Sequence record: MZ375255.1
DNA from: Escherichia phage T7
DNA: 37,752 nucleotides
Reading direction: 5' to 3' (one strand)
The translations under genes were made by a program, and so were the position numbers. This document shows positions 31,601 through 37,752 of this stretch, one piece after another (position 1 is the first letter of the stretch; each line of letters opens with the position of its first letter). Under the pieces are notes generated by a model. It did not search any database and was not told where the DNA came from. It worked only from the letters and a program-made list of their open reading frames with translations.

Positions 31601-32575
31601 TACCTTCTGGATGCTGCGCGTCAAGGTATGCTTGGGGATGTTATTAGTGCCACCCTAACAGGTAAGACTACCCGCTGGGAGAAAGAAGGCTTCCTTCGTG
31701 GTGCCTCCGTAACTCCTGAGCAGATGGCTGGCATCAAGTCTCTCATCAAGGAACATATGGTACGCGGTGAGGACGGGAAGTTTACCGTTAAGGACAAGCA
31801 AGCGTTCTCTATGGACCCACGGGCTATGGACTTATGGAGACTGGCTGACAAGGTAGCTGATGAGGCAATGCTGCGTCCACATAAGGTGTCCTTACAGGAT
31901 TCCCATGCGTTCGGAGCACTAGGTAAGATGGTTATGCAGTTTAAGTCTTTCACTATCAAGTCCCTTAACTCTAAGTTCCTGCGAACCTTCTATGATGGAT
32001 ACAAGAACAACCGAGCGATTGACGCTGCGCTGAGCATCATCACCTCTATGGGTCTCGCTGGTGGTTTCTATGCTATGGCTGCACACGTCAGAGCATACGC
32101 TCTGCCTAAGGAGAAACGTAAGGAGTACTTGGAGCGTGCACTGGACCCAACCATGATTGCCCACGCTGCGTTATCTCGTAGTTCTCAATTGGGTGTTCCT
32201 TTGGCTATGGTTGACCTAGTTGGTGGTGTTTTAGGGTTCGAGTCCTCCAAGATGGCTCGCTCTACGATTCTACCTAAGGACACCGTGAAGGAACGTGACC
32301 CAAACAAACCGTACACCTCTAGAGAGGTAATGGGCGCTATGGGTTCAAACCTTCTGGAACAGATGCCTTCGGCTGGCTTTGTGGCTAACGTAGGGGCTAC
32401 CTTAATGAATGCTGCTGGCGTGGTCAACTCACCTAATAAAGCAACCGAGCAGGACTTCATGACTGGTCTTATGAACTCCACAAAAGAGTTAGTACCGAAC
32501 GACCCATTGACTCAACAGCTTGTGTTGAAGATTTATGAGGCGAACGGTGTTAACTTGAGGGAGCGTAGGAAATAA
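28619..32575 (+). CDS. 16: Internal virion protein D gp16 with N-terminal lytic transglycosylase domain (1318 aa)
   Basis: N-terminal SLT-like motif ...AWTESRFVPTAKSKTGPLGMMQF...AYNQGEG; 1318 aa. Confidence 0.97.
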   Translation: MDKYDKNVPSDYDGLFQKAADANGVSYDLLRKVAWTESRFVPTAKSKTGPLGMMQFTKATAKALGLRVTDGPDDDRLNPELAINAAAKQLAGLVGKFDGDELKAALAYNQGEGRLGNPQLEAYSKGDFASISEEGRNYMRNLLDVAKSPMAGQLETFGGITPKGKGIPAEVGLAGIGHKQKVTQELPESTSFDVKGIEQEATAKPFAKDFWETHGETLDEYNSRSTFFGFKNAAEAELSNSVAGMAFRAGRLDNGFDVFKDTITPTRWNSHIWTPEELEKIRTEVKNPAYINVVTGGSPENLDDLIKLANENFENDSRAAEAGLGAKLSAGIIGAGVDPLSYVPMVGVTGKGFKLINKALVVGAESAALNVASEGLRTSVAGGDADYAGAALGGFVFGAGMSAISDAVAAGLKRSKPEAEFDNEFIGPMMRLEARETARNANSADLSRMNTENMKFEGEHNGVPYEDLPTERGAVVLHDGSVLSASNPINPKTLKEFSEVDPEKAARGIKLAGFTEIGLKTLGSDDADIRRVAIDLVRSPTGMQSGASGKFGATASDIHERLHGTDQRTYNDLYKAMSDAMKDPEFSTGGAKMSREETRYTIYRRAALAIERPELQKALTPSERIVMDIIKRHFDTKRELMENPAIFGNTKAVSIFPESRHKGTYVPHVYDRHAKALMIQRYGAEGLQEGIARSWMNSYVSRPEVKARVDEMLKELHGVKEVTPEMVEKYAMDKAYGISHSDQFTNSSIIEENIEGLVGIENNSFLEARNLFDSDLSITMPDGQQFSVNDLRDFDMFRIMPAYDRRVNSDIAIMGSTGKTTKELKDEILALKAKAEGDGKKTGEVHALMDTVKILTGRARRNQDTVWETSLRAINDLGFFAKNAYMGAQNITEIAGMIVTGNVRALGHGIPILRDTLYKSKPVSAKELKELHASLFGKEVDQLIRPKRADIVQRLREATDTGPAVANIVGTLKYSTQELAARSPWTKLLNGTTNYLLDAARQGMLGDVISATLTGKTTRWEKEGFLRGASVTPEQMAGIKSLIKEHMVRGEDGKFTVKDKQAFSMDPRAMDLWRLADKVADEAMLRPHKVSLQDSHAFGALGKMVMQFKSFTIKSLNSKFLRTFYDGYKNNRAIDAALSIITSMGLAGGFYAMAAHVRAYALPKEKRKEYLERALDPTMIAHAALSRSSQLGVPLAMVDLVGGVLGFESSKMARSTILPKDTVKERDPNKPYTSREVMGAMGSNLLEQMPSAGFVANVGATLMNAAGVVNSPNKATEQDFMTGLMNSTKELVPNDPLTQQLVLKIYEANGVNLRERRK

Positions 32576-32595
32576 TACGACTCACTATAGGGAGA
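32573..32595 (+). promoter_or_regulatory. T7 class III promoter phi17
   Basis: TAATACGACTCACTATAGGGAGA. Confidence 0.95.
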
Positions 32596-32647
32596 GGCGA
32601 AATAATCTTCTCCCTGTAGTCTCTTAGATTTACTTTAAGGAGGTCAA

Positions 32648-34309
32648 ATGGCTAACGTAATTAAAACCGTTTTGACTTACCAGTTAGATGGCTCCAATCG
32701 TGATTTTAATATCCCGTTTGAGTATCTAGCCCGTAAGTTCGTAGTGGTAACTCTTATTGGTGTAGACCGAAAGGTCCTTACGATTAATACAGACTATCGC
32801 TTTGCTACACGTACTACTATCTCTCTGACAAAGGCTTGGGGTCCAGCCGATGGCTACACGACCATCGAGTTACGTCGAGTAACCTCCACTACCGACCGAT
32901 TGGTTGACTTTACGGATGGTTCAATCCTCCGCGCGTATGACCTTAACGTCGCTCAGATTCAAACGATGCACGTAGCGGAAGAGGCCCGTGACCTCACTAC
33001 GGATACTATCGGTGTCAATAACGATGGTCACTTGGATGCTCGTGGTCGTCGAATTGTGAACCTAGCGAACGCCGTGGATGACCGCGATGCTGTTCCGTTT
33101 GGTCAACTAAAGACCATGAACCAGAACTCATGGCAAGCACGTAATGAAGCCTTACAGTTCCGTAATGAGGCTGAGACTTTCAGAAACCAAGCGGAGGGCT
33201 TTAAGAACGAGTCCAGTACCAACGCTACGAACACAAAGCAGTGGCGCGATGAGACCAAGGGTTTCCGAGACGAAGCCAAGCGGTTCGAGAATACGGCTGG
33301 TCAATACGCTACATCTGCTGGGAACTCTGCTTCCGCTGCGCATCAATCTGAGGTAAACGCTGAGAACTCTGCCACAGCATCCGCTAACTCTGCTCATTTG
33401 GCAGAACAGCAAGCAGACCGTGCGGAACGTGAGGCAGACAAGCTGGAAAATTACAATGGATTGGCTGGTGCAATTGATAAGGTAGATGGAACCAATGTGT
33501 ACTGGAAAGGAAATATTCACGCTAACGGGCGCCTTTACATGACCACAAACGGTTTTGACTGTGGCCAGTATCAACAGTTCTTTGGTGGTGTCACTAATCG
33601 TTACTCTGTCATGGAGTGGGGAGATGAGAACGGATGGCTGATGTATGTTCAACGTAGAGAGTGGACAACAGCGATAGGCGGTAACATCCAGTTAGTAGTA
33701 AACGGACAGATCATCACCCAAGGTGGAGCCATGACCGGTCAGCTAAAATTGCAGAATGGGCATGTTCTTCAATTAGAGTCCGCATCCGACAAGGCGCACT
33801 ATATTCTATCTAAAGATGGTAACAGGAATAACTGGTACATTGGTAGAGGGTCAGATAACAACAATGACTGTACCTTCCACTCCTATGTACATGGTACGAC
33901 CTTAACACTCAAGCAGGACTATGCAGTAGTTAACAAACACTTCCACGTAGGTCAGGCCGTTGTGGCCACTGATGGTAATATTCAAGGTACTAAGTGGGGA
34001 GGTAAATGGCTGGATGCTTACCTACGTGACAGCTTCGTTGCGAAGTCCAAGGCGTGGACTCAGGTGTGGTCTGGTAGTGCTGGCGGTGGGGTAAGTGTGA
34101 CTGTTTCACAGGATCTCCGCTTCCGCAATATCTGGATTAAGTGTGCCAACAACTCTTGGAACTTCTTCCGTACTGGCCCCGATGGAATCTACTTCATAGC
34201 CTCTGATGGTGGATGGTTACGATTCCAAATACACTCCAACGGTCTCGGATTCAAGAATATTGCAGACAGTCGTTCAGTACCTAATGCAATCATGGTGGAG
34301 AACGAGTAA
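32648..34309 (+). CDS. 17: Tail fiber protein gp17 (553 aa)
   Basis: 553-aa ORF with coiled-coil-like QARNEALQFRNEAETFRNQAEGFKNE repeats. Confidence 0.97.
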   Translation: MANVIKTVLTYQLDGSNRDFNIPFEYLARKFVVVTLIGVDRKVLTINTDYRFATRTTISLTKAWGPADGYTTIELRRVTSTTDRLVDFTDGSILRAYDLNVAQIQTMHVAEEARDLTTDTIGVNNDGHLDARGRRIVNLANAVDDRDAVPFGQLKTMNQNSWQARNEALQFRNEAETFRNQAEGFKNESSTNATNTKQWRDETKGFRDEAKRFENTAGQYATSAGNSASAAHQSEVNAENSATASANSAHLAEQQADRAEREADKLENYNGLAGAIDKVDGTNVYWKGNIHANGRLYMTTNGFDCGQYQQFFGGVTNRYSVMEWGDENGWLMYVQRREWTTAIGGNIQLVVNGQIITQGGAMTGQLKLQNGHVLQLESASDKAHYILSKDGNRNNWYIGRGSDNNNDCTFHSYVHGTTLTLKQDYAVVNKHFHVGQAVVATDGNIQGTKWGGKWLDAYLRDSFVAKSKAWTQVWSGSAGGGVSVTVSQDLRFRNIWIKCANNSWNFFRTGPDGIYFIASDGGWLRFQIHSNGLGFKNIADSRSVPNAIMVENE

Positions 34310-34367
34310 TTGGTAAATCACAAGGAAAGACGTGTAGTCCACGGATGGACTCTCAAGGAGGTACAAG

Positions 34368-34571
34368 GTGCTATCATTAGACTTTAACAACGAATTGATT
34401 AAGGCTGCTCCAATTGTTGGGACGGGTGTAGCAGATGTTAGTGCTCGACTGTTCTTTGGGTTAAGCCTTAACGAATGGTTCTACGTTGCTGCTATCGCCT
34501 ACACAGTGGTTCAGATTGGTGCCAAGGTAGTCGATAAGATGATTGACTGGAAGAAAGCCAATAAGGAGTGA
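34368..34571 (+). CDS. 17.5: Holin gp17.5 (67 aa)
   Basis: Small ORF with hydrophobic segment and charged C-terminus. Confidence 0.9.
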   Translation: MLSLDFNNELIKAAPIVGTGVADVSARLFFGLSLNEWFYVAAIAYTVVQIGAKVVDKMIDWKKANKE

Positions 34572-34576
34572 TATGT

Positions 34577-34846
34577 ATGGAAAAGGATAAGAGCCTTATT
34601 ACATTCTTAGAGATGTTGGACACTGCGATGGCTCAGCGTATGCTTGCGGACCTTTCGGACCATGAGCGTCGCTCTCCGCAACTCTATAATGCTATTAACA
34701 AACTGTTAGACCGCCACAAGTTCCAGATTGGTAAGTTGCAGCCGGATGTTCACATCTTAGGTGGCCTTGCTGGTGCTCTTGAAGAGTACAAAGAGAAAGT
34801 CGGTGATAACGGTCTTACGGATGATGATATTTACACATTACAGTGA
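34577..34846 (+). CDS. 18: Terminase small subunit gp18 (89 aa)
   Basis: MEKDKSLITFLEMLDTAMAQRMLADLSDHERRSPQLYNAINKLLDRHKF... Confidence 0.92.
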   Translation: MEKDKSLITFLEMLDTAMAQRMLADLSDHERRSPQLYNAINKLLDRHKFQIGKLQPDVHILGGLAGALEEYKEKVGDNGLTDDDIYTLQ

Positions 34847-34869
34847 TATACTCAAGGCCACTACAGATA

Positions 34870-34915
34870 GTGGTCTTTATGGATGTCATTGTCTATACGA
34901 GATGCTCCTACGTGA
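34870..34915 (+). promoter_or_regulatory. RNase III site R18.5
   Basis: ctcaaggccactacagatagtggtctttatgga hairpin motif. Confidence 0.5.
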
Positions 34916-34940
34916 AATCTGAAAGTTAACGGGAGGCATT

Positions 34941-35372
34941 ATGCTAGAATTTTTACGTAAGCTAATCCCTTGGGTTCTCGCTGGGATGCTATTCGGGTTA
35001 GGATGGCATCTAGGGTCAGACTCAATGGACGCTAAATGGAAACAGGAGGTACACAATGAGTACGTTAAGAGAGTTGAGGCTGCGAAGAGCACTCAAAGAG
35101 CAATCGATGCGGTATCTGCTAAGTATCAAGAAGACCTTGCCGCGCTGGAAGGGAGCACTGATAGGATTATTTCTGATTTGCGTAGCGACAATAAGCGGTT
35201 GCGCGTCAGAGTCAAAACTACCGGAACCTCCGATGGTCAGTGTGGATTCGAGCCTGATGGTCGAGCCGAACTTGACGACCGAGATGCTAAACGTATTCTC
35301 GCAGTGACCCAGAAGGGTGACGCATGGATTCGTGCGTTACAGGATACTATTCGTGAACTGCAACGTAAGTAG
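34941..35372 (+). CDS. 18.5: i-spanin (Rz-like) gp18.5 (143 aa)
   Basis: N-terminal TM segment then coiled-coil; 143 aa. Confidence 0.9.
   Translation: MLEFLRKLIPWVLAGMLFGLGWHLGSDSMDAKWKQEVHNEYVKRVEAAKSTQRAIDAVSAKYQEDLAALEGSTDRIISDLRSDNKRLRVRVKTTGTSDGQCGFEPDGRAELDDRDAKRILAVTQKGDAWIRALQDTIRELQRK
35056..35307 (+). CDS. 18.7: o-spanin (Rz1-like lipoprotein) gp18.7, embedded in +1 frame of 18.5 (83 aa)
   Basis: Embedded ORF with signal peptide and lipobox-like ...TISGCAS; proline-rich. Confidence 0.8.
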   Translation: MSTLRELRLRRALKEQSMRYLLSIKKTLPRWKGALIGLFLICVATISGCASESKLPEPPMVSVDSSLMVEPNLTTEMLNVFSQ

Positions 35373-35393
35373 GAAATCAAGTAAGGAGGCAAT

Positions 35394-37154
35394 GTGTCTA
35401 CTCAATCCAATCGTAATGCGCTCGTAGTGGCGCAACTGAAAGGAGACTTCGTGGCGTTCCTATTCGTCTTATGGAAGGCGCTAAACCTACCGGTGCCCAC
35501 TAAGTGTCAGATTGACATGGCTAAGGTGCTGGCGAATGGAGACAACAAGAAGTTCATCTTACAGGCTTTCCGTGGTATCGGTAAGTCGTTCATCACATGT
35601 GCGTTCGTTGTGTGGTCCTTATGGAGAGACCCTCAGTTGAAGATACTTATCGTATCAGCCTCTAAGGAGCGTGCAGACGCTAACTCCATCTTTATTAAGA
35701 ACATCATTGACCTGCTGCCATTCCTATCTGAGTTAAAGCCAAGACCCGGACAGCGTGACTCGGTAATCAGCTTTGATGTAGGCCCAGCCAATCCTGACCA
35801 CTCTCCTAGTGTGAAATCAGTAGGTATCACTGGTCAGTTAACTGGTAGCCGTGCTGACATTATCATTGCGGATGACGTTGAGATTCCGTCTAACAGCGCA
35901 ACTATGGGTGCCCGTGAGAAGCTATGGACTCTGGTTCAGGAGTTCGCTGCGTTACTTAAACCGCTGCCTTCCTCTCGCGTTATCTACCTTGGTACACCTC
36001 AGACAGAGATGACTCTCTATAAGGAACTTGAGGATAACCGTGGGTACACAACCATTATCTGGCCTGCTCTGTACCCAAGGACACGTGAAGAGAACCTCTA
36101 TTACTCACAGCGTCTTGCTCCTATGTTACGCGCTGAGTACGATGAGAACCCTGAGGCACTTGCTGGGACTCCAACAGACCCAGTGCGCTTTGACCGTGAT
36201 GACCTGCGCGAGCGTGAGTTGGAATACGGTAAGGCTGGCTTTACGCTACAGTTCATGCTTAACCCTAACCTTAGTGATGCCGAGAAGTACCCGCTGAGGC
36301 TTCGTGACGCTATCGTAGCGGCCTTAGACTTAGAGAAGGCCCCAATGCATTACCAGTGGCTTCCGAACCGTCAGAACATCATTGAGGACCTTCCTAACGT
36401 TGGCCTTAAGGGTGATGACCTGCATACGTACCACGATTGTTCCAACAACTCAGGTCAGTACCAACAGAAGATTCTGGTCATTGACCCTAGTGGTCGCGGT
36501 AAGGACGAAACAGGTTACGCTGTGCTGTACACACTGAACGGTTACATCTACCTTATGGAAGCTGGAGGTTTCCGTGATGGCTACTCCGATAAGACCCTTG
36601 AGTTACTCGCTAAGAAGGCAAAGCAATGGGGAGTCCAGACGGTTGTCTACGAGAGTAACTTCGGTGACGGTATGTTCGGTAAGGTATTCAGTCCTATCCT
36701 TCTTAAACACCACAACTGTGCGATGGAAGAGATTCGTGCCCGTGGTATGAAAGAGATGCGTATTTGCGATACCCTTGAGCCAGTCATGCAGACTCACCGC
36801 CTTGTAATTCGTGATGAGGTCATTAGGGCCGACTACCAGTCCGCTCGTGACGTAGACGGTAAGCATGACGTTAAGTACTCGTTGTTCTACCAGATGACCC
36901 GTATCACTCGTGAGAAAGGCGCTCTGGCTCATGATGACCGATTGGATGCCCTTGCGTTAGGCATTGAGTATCTCCGTGAGTCCATGCAGTTGGATTCCGT
37001 TAAGGTCGAGGGTGAAGTACTTGCTGACTTCCTTGAGGAACACATGATGCGTCCTACGGTTGCTGCTACGCATATCATTGAGATGTCTGTGGGAGGAGTT
37101 GATGTGTACTCTGAGGACGATGAGGGTTACGGTACGTCTTTCATTGAGTGGTGA
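35394..37154 (+). CDS. 19: Terminase large subunit gp19 (586 aa)
   Basis: 586-aa ORF with ATPase P-loop-like FRGIGKS and nuclease domain. Confidence 0.97.
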
Positions 37155-37235
37155 TTTATGCATTAGGACTGCATAGGGATGCACTATAGACCACGGATGG
37201 TCAGTTCTTTAAGTTACTGAAAAGACACGATAAAT

Positions 37236-37258
37236 TAATACGACTCACTATAGGGAGA
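37236..37258 (+). promoter_or_regulatory. T7 class III promoter phiOR
   Basis: TAATACGACTCACTATAGGGAGA. Confidence 0.95.
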
Positions 37259-37412
37259 GGAGGGACGAAAGGTTACTATATAGATACTGAATGAATACTT
37301 ATAGAGTGCATAAAGTATGCATAATGGTGTACCTAGAGTGACCTCTAAGAATGGTGATTATATTGTATTAGTATCACCTTAACTTAAGGACCAACATAAA
37401 GGGAGGAGACTC

Positions 37413-37460
37413 ATGTTCCGCTTATTGTTGAACCTACTGCGGCATAGAGTCAAGTCCTAA
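37413..37460 (+). pseudogene. 19.5: Gene 19.5 truncated to 15 codons by ~189-bp deletion
   Basis: RBS aagggaggag; MFRLLLNLLRHRVKS* where reference gp19.5 is 49 aa. Confidence 0.7.
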
Positions 37461-37612
37461 GGTATACCCATAAAGAGCCTCTAATGGTCTATCCTAAGGT
37501 CTATACCTAAAGATAGGCCATCCTATCAGTGTCACCTAAAGAGGGTCTTAGAGAGGGCCTATGGAGTTCCTATAGGGTCCTTTAAAATATACCATAAAAA
37601 TCTGAGTGACTA
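37456..37612 (+). repeat. Right-end short repeat region (CCTAAAG/CCTAAGG-type) preceding right TR
   Basis: tcctaaggt...tcctaaggt...cctaaag...cctaaag units. Confidence 0.5.
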
Positions 37613-37752
37613 TCTCACAGTGTACGGACCTAAAGTTCCCCATAGGGGTACCTAAAGCCCAGCCAATCACCTAAAGTCAACCTTCGGTTGACCTTGAGGG
37701 TTCCCTAAGGGTTTGTCTTTGGGTGTTACCTTGAGTGTCTCTCTGTGTCCCT
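37613..37752 (+). repeat. Right direct terminal repeat (TR), 140 bp, identical to 1..140
   Basis: Exact identity with window positions 1..140. Confidence 0.95.

Noticed and set aside
36028-36297. Embedded small ORFs inside gene 19 and gene 4 (candidate genes 19.2, 19.3, 4.1)
   Set aside because: Out-of-frame ORFs within essential genes with weak start context; cannot be supported from sequence alone. Only 4.2 is listed, at low confidence.

Overview
This window is a complete linear genome of coliphage T7 or a near-identical derivative, not a novel system. It is 37,752 bp, bounded by identical 140-bp direct terminal repeats (1..140 and 37613..37752). All genes are on the + strand in canonical T7 order: early genes ocr and the 0.7 kinase, T7 RNA polymerase, the replication genes, the structural genes and the lysis/packaging genes. 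It carries the three host-type early promoters A1-A3, 17 T7 RNAP promoters, the early terminator TE, the late terminator Tphi and RNase III sites. Compared with the T7 reference as I recall it (39,937 bp; coordinates from memory, not from a search), the window is about 2.2 kb shorter. The difference is accounted for by discrete deletions: both terminal repeats shortened by about 20 bp, a 563-bp deletion fusing genes 0.4 and 0.6, loss of gene 1.4 (156 bp), an internal 292-bp deletion in gene 3.8, loss of gene 4.3 (198 bp), gene 4.7 (408 bp) and gene 5.3 (338 bp), and a 189-bp deletion in gene 19.5. There are also small lesions: a 1-nt loss at the end of gene 3, a +1 G-to-T change in the phi10 promoter, two altered positions in phi1.5, and a possible frame break in gene 6.3. 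Several deletion junctions coincide with ORF boundaries and preserve the downstream ribosome-binding site, which suggests a deliberately or experimentally reduced T7. All deleted genes are non-essential accessory genes. Everything here is well-described T7 biology; the points of interest are the deviations from wild type.
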